Shown: piece by piece, positions 8,261 to 15,537 of the stretch
Numbering within the stretch: position 1 is the stretch's first letter
Layout of the letters: each line of letters opens with the position of its first letter
IMG/VR virus record: IMGVR_UViG_2681813318_000014
Strand: one strand, 5' to 3'
Length of the DNA stretch: 21,605 bases
Source of the DNA: a virus
Taxonomy: Duplodnaviria > Heunggongvirae > Uroviricota > Caudoviricetes
The notes under the pieces: generated by a model
What the model was told of the DNA's origin: nothing
Databases searched by the model: none
Seen by the model: the letters and a program-made list of their open reading frames with translations, nothing else
Program-made: the position numbers and the translations under genes

Positions 8261-9574
8261 TTAACTTACTGATTTTAATAAGCCTCTGGTGTCACTTTGG
8301 TGACTATGGGGCATCATTGGGACATAATCTGTCAGCTTCTGATTCAGCATTGCGATCTGTTCTGCATTGCTGTCAGTCATCCATGCTCCGTATACATTGA
8401 ATACCATCTGGGCACTTGCATGGCCCATCTGGCTGGCAATGAAGCTTGGGTTTGCTCCGGCAGATAATGACCAGCACGCATAAGTGTGTCGTGACTGGTA
8501 TGCCTTTCGATGCCTGATCCCTGCACGCTTAATGGCTGTTTCCCATGAGTCACCTACAGAATCGACTTTGTAGACAAAACCTACCTGTTCGCTTTTTCTA
8601 ACCACTTGAGGGTTAAACACGAAAGTACATTCATGGTTCACTGAACGTCCATATTCACGTAGTTGCACCTTGATGTTGTACTGCTTACCCAGTCTTGTCA
8701 TTTCAGCCTGATTTTTCAGGACACTGATAGCGGGCTGGATAAGGTGCACAACCCTGTTTGTGCTTGCTTCAGTTTTCGGTAGAGTGAACTCACCAAGTTT
8801 CGTATAATTGCGCCTGATGGTAATTGTTCCTGCCTTCAGATCGATATCTTCCCAGGCCAGGGAGACCAGTTCACCGTGACGCATTCCTGTGTACACAGCC
8901 AATGACCACAGGTTTTTCGTCTGCTGATGTCGGCAAGCATCTATCAGGCGAATAAATTCGTCACGAGTTAGCGGATCTGGCTCTGCCCTGGCTCTTTTAA
9001 GAGGCTTAATTCCCTGGAAGGGATTTGCTTCTAAGTAACCGTGATCTGCAGCAAACTGAAACATTCCAGCGATTGTCGTCATGTAATAATTTACAGTAAC
9101 GACGCTCCGTCCTTTTGCTGCTGCTTTGTTTTTCGTTGAATTCTGATACCCGGTAAGCAAATCTTTCCTGATATACAGCAATTCCTCTTTGGTTACCGAT
9201 GACACCAGTCTACTGCCTCCAATTTTCGGAACCATCGTTCTTGCAACGGATTCATAGCGATTGAATGCATTTGCAGAGATTTCCATTCGTTTCAGATCCA
9301 GCCACTTTTCTTCAAGTTCCTTCACCGTAATTTCTTTTTTACTTACCCCAAAAGCCTGAAGGTTGGGGGAGTCAGGGAACTGTGCAGCATAATCAAAGCT
9401 TCCTGTGCGGATGGCAAAACATACTGATGTCCGCAGTTCCCCGGCGATCTTCCTGTTCTTGGCAGTGTCAGGGACACCAAGATTTTCCCTGACACGTTTA
9501 CCGTTAAAATTAAACCAGATGCGTAATGTGCCGCCGTGGTTTTCGACGCCTGTTGGATATTTGACTTTATCCAT
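8261..9574 (-). CDS. int: phage tyrosine integrase (437 aa)
   Basis: C-terminal catalytic-region residues consistent with a tyrosine recombinase (AYQSRHTYA..., ...VYGAWM); N-terminal arm-type domain; GGAGGT RBS; immediately downstream of an excisionase-like gene on the same strand. Confidence 0.85.
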   Translation of the reverse strand: MDKVKYPTGVENHGGTLRIWFNFNGKRVRENLGVPDTAKNRKIAGELRTSVCFAIRTGSFDYAAQFPDSPNLQAFGVSKKEITVKELEEKWLDLKRMEISANAFNRYESVARTMVPKIGGSRLVSSVTKEELLYIRKDLLTGYQNSTKNKAAAKGRSVVTVNYYMTTIAGMFQFAADHGYLEANPFQGIKPLKRARAEPDPLTRDEFIRLIDACRHQQTKNLWSLAVYTGMRHGELVSLAWEDIDLKAGTITIRRNYTKLGEFTLPKTEASTNRVVHLIQPAISVLKNQAEMTRLGKQYNIKVQLREYGRSVNHECTFVFNPQVVRKSEQVGFVYKVDSVGDSWETAIKRAGIRHRKAYQSRHTYACWSLSAGANPSFIASQMGHASAQMVFNVYGAWMTDSNAEQIAMLNQKLTDYVPMMPHSHQSDTRGLLKSVS

Positions 9575-9629
9575 CGATACCTCCAGACGCCCAAGAGCGA
9601 TACGAGCTTACATATTTCATGATATTAAA

Positions 9630-9866
9630 TCACCTGGGTTGTTTGTTTTTCATTGAGGCGACCCAGGCATCTATTGCTTTTCTGTTATACATACATTCAC
9701 TGGAAGGCTTTGGATTACCGTCTGGTGATACGTGAATATACTCTCTTCCAACCATCCAGCATTCTTTCCGGGCCCGAAGAATTGTGCCTGGTTTGAGCCC
9801 GGTAATTGCGATAAGAACGCTTTCACAAACCCATTCATTGGGAGCCAGTTGAATCACATTGCCCAT
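9630..9866 (-). CDS. xis: excisionase-like protein (78 aa)
   Basis: Small basic protein directly upstream of int on the same strand; TGAGG RBS; resembles the lambdoid-prophage excisionase-like family from memory. Confidence 0.55.
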   Translation of the reverse strand: MGNVIQLAPNEWVCESVLIAITGLKPGTILRARKECWMVGREYIHVSPDGNPKPSSECMYNRKAIDAWVASMKNKQPR

Positions 9867-9874
9867 GTATTACC

Positions 9875-10021
9875 TCACACAACACTCAGCCCACGGCAGT
9901 GGCACCACACTTCAAACATTCGCTTCACAACTTCACGACAGTAGAAGCCGTCAACATCTCGCGTCAGGTCATAGCGATTGCCGTAACGCTGGTGGACCCA
10001 TCGTTCAAATGCTTTATTCAT
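9875..10021 (-). CDS. possible small protein (48 aa), below ORF-track cutoff
   Basis: ATG at 10021 with AGGAAG RBS 7 nt upstream; begins 4 nt after the upstream gene's stop; its stop lies 8 nt before the xis ATG. Confidence 0.3.
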   Translation of the reverse strand: MNKAFERWVHQRYGNRYDLTRDVDGFYCREVVKRMFEVWCHCRGLSVV

Positions 10022-10024
10022 TCT

Positions 10025-10267
10025 TTACTTCCTTTTTATGGCTCGTAATTTTTTCAGGTGCTTTTCCTGCTCAGTGTCCGCGAGAATTTTGCGGTACTCC
10101 TGGTGGTCAATATGTTCGAACAGGCAGTTTAACTCACCAATGCGTACCCGCCCGGATCGTCCGTCCATCCGTCGAAAGAACACTGAGTGCTCAGTGATGC
10201 GAGTAATCACCACGGGGTATCCGGCTCTGTCCGTGTATATCTGACCGCGTTGAATCAAAGCGAACAT
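10025..10267 (-). CDS. hypothetical phage protein (80 aa)
   Basis: ATG 10267; sits in the tightly packed early-left operon. Confidence 0.5.
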   Translation of the reverse strand: MFALIQRGQIYTDRAGYPVVITRITEHSVFFRRMDGRSGRVRIGELNCLFEHIDHQEYRKILADTEQEKHLKKLRAIKRK

Positions 10268-10271
10268 GTGG

Positions 10272-10355
10272 TTATCCCCAGCGGCAAATCGAATACACCA
10301 TCAGCGTCACCGCCATCGCAATTCCTACCGTTGTTAATGCTTCAGGCCAGGTCAT
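10272..10355 (-). CDS. possible 27-aa hydrophobic peptide ([27 protein letters not shown])
   Basis: ATG overlaps upstream stop (ATGA at 10352-10355); GGAGG RBS 10 nt upstream; single transmembrane-like segment. Confidence 0.3.
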   Translation of the reverse strand: MTWPEALTTVGIAMAVTLMVYSICRWG

Positions 10356-10696
10356 CGTAAAATATCCTCCACGCTTATCAGTCCGTTCCGCTCCAGATAA
10401 CTCATCGCCTTATCCGGTAATTTGCAGTCTGGCTTCGCTTTCCTCAGTTGCCAGGTTAACTGCTTTACCAGCATGGTTAACTCATCGACCAGACGCTGAT
10501 ATCCCACTGGTTTGTATTCATGCAATTTACCGGCTGGCTCTGCTGCCAGCGATACCAGTGCGATTTCCAGAACAGCAATATCCATCTTATATGTGCGGAT
10601 GATGTCATGGTCGATTGTACCCGGTATGCACAGTCTCTGTGCTTCAATAGTCTCCTCTGCGTGAGCTATTAACTGCTCTCTGGTAAAAGTCGTCAT
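10352..10696 (-). CDS. hypothetical phage protein (114 aa), paralog of the next gene
   Basis: ATG 10696 in ATGA overlap with upstream stop; AAGGGG RBS; shares the [10 protein letters not shown] motif and a 29-bp DNA repeat with 10693..10878. Confidence 0.55.
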   Translation of the reverse strand: MTTFTREQLIAHAEETIEAQRLCIPGTIDHDIIRTYKMDIAVLEIALVSLAAEPAGKLHEYKPVGYQRLVDELTMLVKQLTWQLRKAKPDCKLPDKAMSYLERNGLISVEDILR

Positions 10697-10878
10697 GCCG
10701 TAGCCCCTTCTTGATATTTTTCAAACCAGAACACAACCGGCTCTGCTTCCAGCGATACCAGTGCAATTCGTGCCAGTTCTTCCGCTTCTTCTGCTGGCAG
10801 TACAACGTTGCTACCCGGTCCGTATGTTTCGCGCCACTGCTTGATTGTCAGCAGTCGCCCTTTGGTAATAGTGATCAT
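10693..10878 (-). CDS. hypothetical phage protein (61 aa), paralog of 10352..10696
   Basis: ATG 10878 in ATGA overlap; AAGGAA RBS; motif [10 protein letters not shown]. Confidence 0.5.
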   Translation of the reverse strand: MITITKGRLLTIKQWRETYGPGSNVVLPAEEAEELARIALVSLEAEPVVFWFEKYQEGATA

Positions 10879-11390
10879 GCCGCGTTTCCTTCTTTCTTAT
10901 TAACAATCACACCGTCATATATTTCATTAAGGTGCCCTCTCAACTCCATGCGCCTTAATGCAGATAACATGTAATCGCATTCAACCTGCTTATTCCCAGT
11001 AAATGGCTTATCGTCAGGATTACCCCAACAGCAATTACCCCTGGGCCATCCATGTACTTTCCGTACTCTTCCGTTAACAACGTGAAGTAATCCCCAGCCG
11101 GGAGGTAAATCCTCAACTGAAATAATTTCCGGCTCACTAATAAAGAATCGCCAGTCGCCCATGCCAAGTGAGGGATTTTTACGGAAACGCTTTTTTCTAT
11201 CTGCCAACAAGTCAGCACGAGAACACTTCGCCTCTATCAGGCATGATGCTGAATTTCTGAATCCCATAGCATCTGGCTGTTCTCCGGTACTGGTTACAGC
11301 AACAAAGCGGTCATGAAAGCAAACCTTGAACCCGTTGCGCTTAAGGAACTTGTACGCAATCTGACAGAGTTCGTGGTGTGTTAACGCCAT
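10875..11390 (-). CDS. putative PD-(D/E)XK nuclease, MmcB-like (171 aa)
   Basis: Start moved to ATG 11390 (AAGGAG 6 nt upstream; track start 11423 is TTG); motif DAMGF...CLIEAKCSRADLLAD...DWRFFISEP fits the D...E-x-K nuclease core of the MmcB-like family as recalled. Confidence 0.55.
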   Translation of the reverse strand: MALTHHELCQIAYKFLKRNGFKVCFHDRFVAVTSTGEQPDAMGFRNSASCLIEAKCSRADLLADRKKRFRKNPSLGMGDWRFFISEPEIISVEDLPPGWGLLHVVNGRVRKVHGWPRGNCCWGNPDDKPFTGNKQVECDYMLSALRRMELRGHLNEIYDGVIVNKKEGNAA

Positions 11391-11391
11391 A

Positions 11392-11877
11392 TCACTCTCC
11401 TTTGATGCGAATGCCTGTTGCAATGCTGTTTATGATGCTGTCAGTGCATGGGGTAGAAAGCTGGGCATCTCCAGCAATTTTCATGACCTCAACATCTGCA
11501 TATCGAATACCGAGGTGTATCAGACCGGCTATGCCTGACTTAAGCCGAGCATTTTCCATAAATAGAACTTTTGCCCGCTGTTTTTCTGCTTCAAGCTCAA
11601 CGCGCAGCTTCCCTACCGTTAGCGCAATATCCTCGTTCTCCTGATCGCGGCTTTTGATGTATTGCAGGTTTCTTTCCCGTTCATCCAGCAGTGCCAGCAC
11701 GGTTTCTGGTCCGGTCAGAAATTTGAAGGCGTTGAGCGCATCAATATCCACACCGTAATCTTTAAGTTCCTGTTCACTTAACAAGTCATCATCAGCTGGC
11801 AACATTAACAGGCGTTCCATTGCTGGAATTGCACGTTCCGCCACCTCACGCAGTGCCTGGTAATTAATTTCGCTCAC
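11392..11877 (-). CDS. Ea22-like early protein (161 aa)
   Basis: GTG start at 11877 with AAGGAGG RBS 6 nt upstream; N-terminus MSEINYQALREVAE is characteristic of the Ea22-like family in lambdoid phages; GTGA overlap with upstream stop. Confidence 0.55.
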   Translation of the reverse strand: MSEINYQALREVAERAIPAMERLLMLPADDDLLSEQELKDYGVDIDALNAFKFLTGPETVLALLDERERNLQYIKSRDQENEDIALTVGKLRVELEAEKQRAKVLFMENARLKSGIAGLIHLGIRYADVEVMKIAGDAQLSTPCTDSIINSIATGIRIKGE

Positions 11878-12380
11878 TGGTTGCCTCCTTTGCGAAGCTG
11901 GGCAGCAAAGTCAACTAACCACTCAGTCATTTCAACCTTCCCTACCAGGTCTGAACCAGGGTACATACAGCAATCACTCTGCGCCGCTTTGAAATCCTTA
12001 TACTCATATTCTTGGGCCACCAGATTTTTTGCAGCTTCTATAGCAGCGTCCACCCCCTGCGCCCGGACTTCAGCCAGGAAAGCATCAGTGGTTGGCGTTT
12101 CAGGTATCTGTCTCCTCATCCGTTCTATTGCATGATTGAACCCGAAGTCTTCCGCGAGAGATACGTCATCCATATTGTCATTGTCATCCTCAATATCCCG
12201 TGATTCTGGAATTGCAGACTTTATTCCCGCATTCTCCGCTGCCAGCGCCGCGCACTTGGCCTCAAGAGCGGCAACCACTTCCTGATGGTCTTTGTACTTA
12301 ACGTATGAGCCGGAGATGTCATCACCTTCGGTGTTTAGCCATGCGTCATTGCAATTCACTGCGTAGGTTCTGATGCTCAT
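11874..12380 (-). CDS. acidic hypothetical phage protein with coiled-coil segment (168 aa from the internal ATG)
   Basis: ATG 12380 with GGGAGAG RBS, in ATGA overlap with the stop of 12377..12559; the track's longer 208-aa version begins at an upstream ATG without an RBS. Confidence 0.5.
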   Translation of the reverse strand: MSIRTYAVNCNDAWLNTEGDDISGSYVKYKDHQEVVAALEAKCAALAAENAGIKSAIPESRDIEDDNDNMDDVSLAEDFGFNHAIERMRRQIPETPTTDAFLAEVRAQGVDAAIEAAKNLVAQEYEYKDFKAAQSDCCMYPGSDLVGKVEMTEWLVDFAAQLRKGGNQ

Positions 12381-12559
12381 GTTGATGCTCTCCCGCCCCT
12401 GACAGACGCCAGGCCAGTCAATAAAGTATCCGCAATGCCTACCCTCAGACGTGCGCGCAGGATAAATGCCGTTATGACCCGGCAAATATATGCTACCCAT
12501 TCATCTTGCGTTGCCTGTTCCGCCGCCTCGCGCAGTGCCTGATAGTCAATCTTGCTCAC
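12377..12559 (-). CDS. short Ea22-like N-terminal-module protein (60 aa), possibly a recombination remnant
   Basis: GTG 12559 with AAGGAGG RBS; the first about 22 residues (MSKIDYQALREAAEQATQDEWVA) match the Ea22-like N-terminus, the rest is low-complexity; its 5' region is a DNA paralog of the 11877 gene start. Confidence 0.35.
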   Translation of the reverse strand: MSKIDYQALREAAEQATQDEWVAYICRVITAFILRARLRVGIADTLLTGLASVRGGRAST

Positions 12560-12860
12560 TGGCAGCCTCCTTTGCCGGGATTTCTAACTTTTGAGTGGTT
12601 GTATCAAATTCAAACAACTTAACCACGTCATCAAACAGGACATAATCACCATCAGGATCTTCAGTCATATCTGCGCCACAATCCTGACCGCACGAGTCGC
12701 AACCATCCATATCAAGCTCGTATCGCTTCAGGTTTGCGATATTTGATAAATTCAGCGCCAGTACAGCCAGGTCATAAACCTCTTCGGCAGTGACATCGCT
12801 GTTCAGTCCCATTTCATGGCGATATATGATTTTTTCTACTCGTTGTTTTGTGATCGTCAT
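12546..12860 (-). CDS. hypothetical phage protein (104 aa)
   Basis: Start moved to ATG 12860 (GGAGTG RBS 9 nt upstream); acidic C-terminus. Confidence 0.5.
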   Translation of the reverse strand: MTITKQRVEKIIYRHEMGLNSDVTAEEVYDLAVLALNLSNIANLKRYELDMDGCDSCGQDCGADMTEDPDGDYVLFDDVVKLFEFDTTTQKLEIPAKEAASEQD

Positions 12861-13131
12861 TTTTCTCTTCACTCCGATATACAAGGATTACTACACCCCC
12901 TCTGCTGATTGCGCGAGCTGGATCCCCTGGTTCCATGCCGTCAATTCCGAAGGCTTCGGAAAACGCATTCATTGCCTTCTGGCGTTCATCCTGCTTACGG
13001 CGTTTATTCCATTTTTTCAGGAACAACAGCGACAGCCACCGTCCGCTGCAGAACACGATGTAAAAATAACCAAGGAGCGCCAGGCCGACATTCAGGGCCG
13101 TTTCTATGGTTAGTTGTGAGTCAGTTGCCAT
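12814..13131 (-). CDS. small predicted membrane protein (105 aa)
   Basis: ATG 13131; N-terminal transmembrane-like segment LNVGLALLGYFYIVFCSG followed by a basic stretch KKWNKRRKQDERQK. Confidence 0.4.
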   Translation of the reverse strand: MATDSQLTIETALNVGLALLGYFYIVFCSGRWLSLLFLKKWNKRRKQDERQKAMNAFSEAFGIDGMEPGDPARAISRGGVVILVYRSEEKNDDHKTTSRKNHISP

Positions 13132-13369
13132 TTCTTACCTGTTTAAGTAACTGGTTGAACATAACACTTAGGGGATTGCTGTATCCAAACGGCAGATTGT
13201 TTACGCAGTACAGAATCATTTTGTTTTTTTCTCCAGTTCGTACTATTAACCCATTCCACAATAACCGTGATAATTCATTACTGATAGAAGTTGCGCTTCT
13301 TCCAAGTGCGAGGGATATATCTTCTCTACTGCAATCTGGATTTTCCTGGATATACTCGATAACGGTCAT
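13121..13369 (-). CDS. small winged-helix/HTH-like protein (82 aa)
   Basis: Start moved to ATG 13369 (AAGGGA RBS right after the upstream stop); segment CSREDISLALGRSATSISNELSRLLWNGLIV looks like an HTH. Confidence 0.45.
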   Translation of the reverse strand: MTVIEYIQENPDCSREDISLALGRSATSISNELSRLLWNGLIVRTGEKNKMILYCVNNLPFGYSNPLSVMFNQLLKQVRNGN

Positions 13370-13379
13370 GTGGTCCCTT

Positions 13380-13961
13380 TTACTTAATATCTGTTTCGGA
13401 TTGCATGCCATGAGTATTCATTTCGTTAATAATTTCATCCAGAAGGATTTCAAGCCCTTCTCGACCCATATCTGAAAGAATGAAACCTTTATCAGGGGAA
13501 GTAGTGAGCATTTTCTGATAAAGAAACAGCGCTCTTCCCATTCCTTCAGCTTCGCCGTATTTTTGAATTAAATTCCATTCAATATACTGTTGTAAGGCAA
13601 ATCGAATGGGGCCGGGATATATCGTCATAAACCCATACATCCCGTTATATACCACGGCGTGTTCAGTTGTTCCGTGTTCATTCAGGATATCAATTGTGCC
13701 GTTCTTGTCTTCTTCTTCGTTGATGAATGTCGTCACATACAACCATCGCCACTGAGCAACCTTCATCTCAACCGGAAGTTTACCCAGTAATCCTGCTTCG
13801 TCGGCTTGCGCCAGACACTGAAGGATACGTAAACCTCGCACATTAGGAGTATCGAATTCTCCGGCATCCAGACGACGTATGGCGTCGTGATAATCAATCG
13901 TCATACTGCCAGTTCGTATACCATTGGCTGTTGCTTCAGCCTGGAATTCATCGTATTGCAT
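13380..13961 (-). CDS. hypothetical protein (193 aa)
   Basis: ATG 13961 with GAGGAA RBS 8 nt upstream; no recognised motif. Confidence 0.55.
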   Translation of the reverse strand: MQYDEFQAEATANGIRTGSMTIDYHDAIRRLDAGEFDTPNVRGLRILQCLAQADEAGLLGKLPVEMKVAQWRWLYVTTFINEEEDKNGTIDILNEHGTTEHAVVYNGMYGFMTIYPGPIRFALQQYIEWNLIQKYGEAEGMGRALFLYQKMLTTSPDKGFILSDMGREGLEILLDEIINEMNTHGMQSETDIK

Positions 13962-13966
13962 GATAT

Positions 13967-14155
13967 TTATTCCTCATCTTCATCTTCATCTGCTGGTGCA
14001 ATAACGTCATATCCTGCCCTTTCTGCAATAAACAGGAATGTTGAAAGAGTTCCTACAAGTTCATCGTCATGAACATGGCGAATGAATATTACTTTCCCGT
14101 TTTTGATGGTCAGCAATATTCTGGTTTGTTCGTGTTCTGCTGTTTTCTGATGCAT
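13967..14155 (-). CDS. small acidic hypothetical protein (62 aa)
   Basis: ATG 14155 with GGGAGA RBS; C-terminal DEDEDEE tail. Confidence 0.45.
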   Translation of the reverse strand: MHQKTAEHEQTRILLTIKNGKVIFIRHVHDDELVGTLSTFLFIAERAGYDVIAPADEDEDEE

Positions 14156-14157
14156 TA

Positions 14158-14271
14158 TTATCTCCCGTATGCTTTACGCAGAAATAAGCAGGCAATATGC
14201 ATGTAATTTTCACCGTATTGTGCAATAAGGCAGGCGGTCTTGTGTGATGCCATATTCTTTATAAAAGTCAC
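14158..14271 (-). CDS. possible 37-aa ORF in the 195-bp intergenic region
   Basis: GTG start with AGGAGG RBS 7 nt upstream; stop overlaps the RBS of the next gene; weak. Confidence 0.2.
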   Translation of the reverse strand: MTFIKNMASHKTACLIAQYGENYMHIACLFLRKAYGR

Positions 14272-14304
14272 AATAAAGCCTCCTGTGGATTAAGGTTGTA
14301 ACAA

Positions 14305-14346
14305 TCCCCGGCGATAAAACCGCAATAAACGTTCAGGGCATATTTG
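14305..14346 (-). terminator. terminator-like hairpin after the 121-aa gene
   Basis: Minus-strand reading: GCAATAAC...GTTTATTGC stem starting 4 nt after the stop, followed by GGTTTTAT. Confidence 0.35.
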
Positions 14347-14349
14347 TTG

Positions 14350-14715
14350 TTATTGCGCTAATTCTTTTTCGGCAGCAGCTTTTGTATACTCACATGCAAA
14401 ACTCAGAATTTCGCTGCCGAGTGTTTTCGTTTCGTGATTACTGGACATATGTAATACCTGTGTTGCATGCAATAAATGATAAACATTTACCGCAAATGAA
14501 TCAGGCTCCAGACAAATGCCTTCGTAATTATCTTGCTGTGAGGTTGTTTCTGTCATTGCTCCTGAAGTGCATGCGAGCCTGTTTTTGACAATTCTCTTTT
14601 CTCTAATCACTATATCGGCAACATCTATTGCCTTTACAACCTCCGGGAGAAGTTCCGGGTTTGTATAATCAAAGTCATCAACATGGAGAACAGTTATGTT
14701 TTCGAACTTTTTCAT
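14350..14715 (-). CDS. hypothetical protein (121 aa), second gene of the cI-adjacent module
   Basis: ATG 14715 with GAGGAAG RBS 4 nt upstream; no recognised motif. Confidence 0.55.
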   Translation of the reverse strand: MKKFENITVLHVDDFDYTNPELLPEVVKAIDVADIVIREKRIVKNRLACTSGAMTETTSQQDNYEGICLEPDSFAVNVYHLLHATQVLHMSSNHETKTLGSEILSFACEYTKAAAEKELAQ

Positions 14716-14846
14716 GGCTTCCTCAGCTGACTTATATGTTCTGCTATATAGCGAGTCTCAGAAGTGTTTTCATATTGAGACTGTTTCCGCAATGATTGAT
14801 AAAAATGTTCGCATGTACCTTGAAGGGCGAAGCGGCGATTATGTCA

Positions 14847-15392
14847 CTATTGGTATTGGTTCTTCCGCAGAAGAGCTTCGCGAGATAAGGGGCAAACTTG
14901 TTGAGATGCGTCATGGTGTTGCTGCTCCTCACTTTTTGGTTGCTCCGGAGGAGTAACCTCACCAGTTAACAGCCACATCGGATCGCAGCCAAGAATATTT
15001 GCCAGTGGGATAAGCATACTGATAGTTGGTTCATACTCTCCGCTCTCCCACTGGATGATAATTTCTTCATCGAGATCGAGCAGCCTGGCGAGTTCGGCGG
15101 TTGTTAAGCCGCAGGCTTCGCGTTGGGTGCGAAGGTTAACCAGCCAGCTTTCAGGGAAGGATTGTTTTTGTTGTGCAGGAGAAGCAGCAGATAGAGCATA
15201 TTCATGGATAAATTCCATTACCTCAATGCCCAGTTCCTTTGAGCGAGCACAATCCAGAAGATGGAATGTGCGTACAGCACTTAGCAAATTTGCAATATTT
15301 AATGCAAAGGAATCAAGTTCTAAGCCCTTAAGCGTAACACAGCCGCAGTTGATAAAATTAGTTGTTTCTGGAGTTGCTTTTAGTGTCTTCAT
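14847..15392 (-). CDS. two-domain protein with C-terminal XRE-type helix-turn-helix (181 aa from ATG 15392)
   Basis: HTH segment LTTAELARLLDLDEEIIIQWESGEYEPTISMLIPLANILGCDPMWLL; the track start at 15422 is a TTG, the first ATG is at 15392; the N-terminal 90 residues are unassigned. Confidence 0.55.
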   Translation of the reverse strand: MKTLKATPETTNFINCGCVTLKGLELDSFALNIANLLSAVRTFHLLDCARSKELGIEVMEFIHEYALSAASPAQQKQSFPESWLVNLRTQREACGLTTAELARLLDLDEEIIIQWESGEYEPTISMLIPLANILGCDPMWLLTGEVTPPEQPKSEEQQHHDASQQVCPLSREALLRKNQYQ

Positions 15393-15444
15393 ATATCCGC
15401 CAACAATTTTAAATTGAATCAAATCAAGTTATAATTGATGGTGC

Positions 15445-15473
15445 GATATTATGTTTTGGGAAACAGGCTGTCA
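15445..15473 (-). promoter_or_regulatory. PL-like early-left promoter
   Basis: Minus strand TTGACA (complement of 15468-15473), 17-bp spacer, TAATAT (complement of 15445-15450); near-palindrome ATCAAGTTATAATTGAT at 15423-15439 just downstream, operator-like. Confidence 0.45.
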
Positions 15474-15503
15474 AGAAAAAATTGATATCGTATATTTCAG
15501 GCA

Positions 15504-15525
15504 GAAAAAAACGGGCAAAGCCCGT
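15504..15525 (-). terminator. intrinsic terminator after the cI gene
   Basis: Minus-strand hairpin ACGGGC-TTT-GCCCGT followed by a T7 run, 13 nt after the cI stop. Confidence 0.5.
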
Positions 15526-15537
15526 TAAAATCAAAGA

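Noticed and set aside
9343-10244. ORFs 9343..9594, 9405..9656, 9732..9944, 9859..10197, 10038..10244
   Set aside because: Overlap the int, xis and small early genes on the wrong strand or frame; no RBS; the same-strand coupled genes explain the region
12377-12559. Frameshift or pseudogene interpretation of the Ea22-like N-terminal ORF
   Set aside because: The stop of the 60-aa ORF overlaps (ATGA) an ATG with its own GGGAGAG RBS, the same coupling pattern used throughout the operon, so two coupled genes is at least as likely as a frameshift; left open in findings
14696-14956. Plus-strand 86-aa ORF convergent with the early-left genes
   Set aside because: It has a GGAGAA RBS but overlaps 110 nt of the 3' end of the HTH gene and the start of the 121-aa gene; more likely an off-strand reading of promoter/UTR sequence; kept as low-probability
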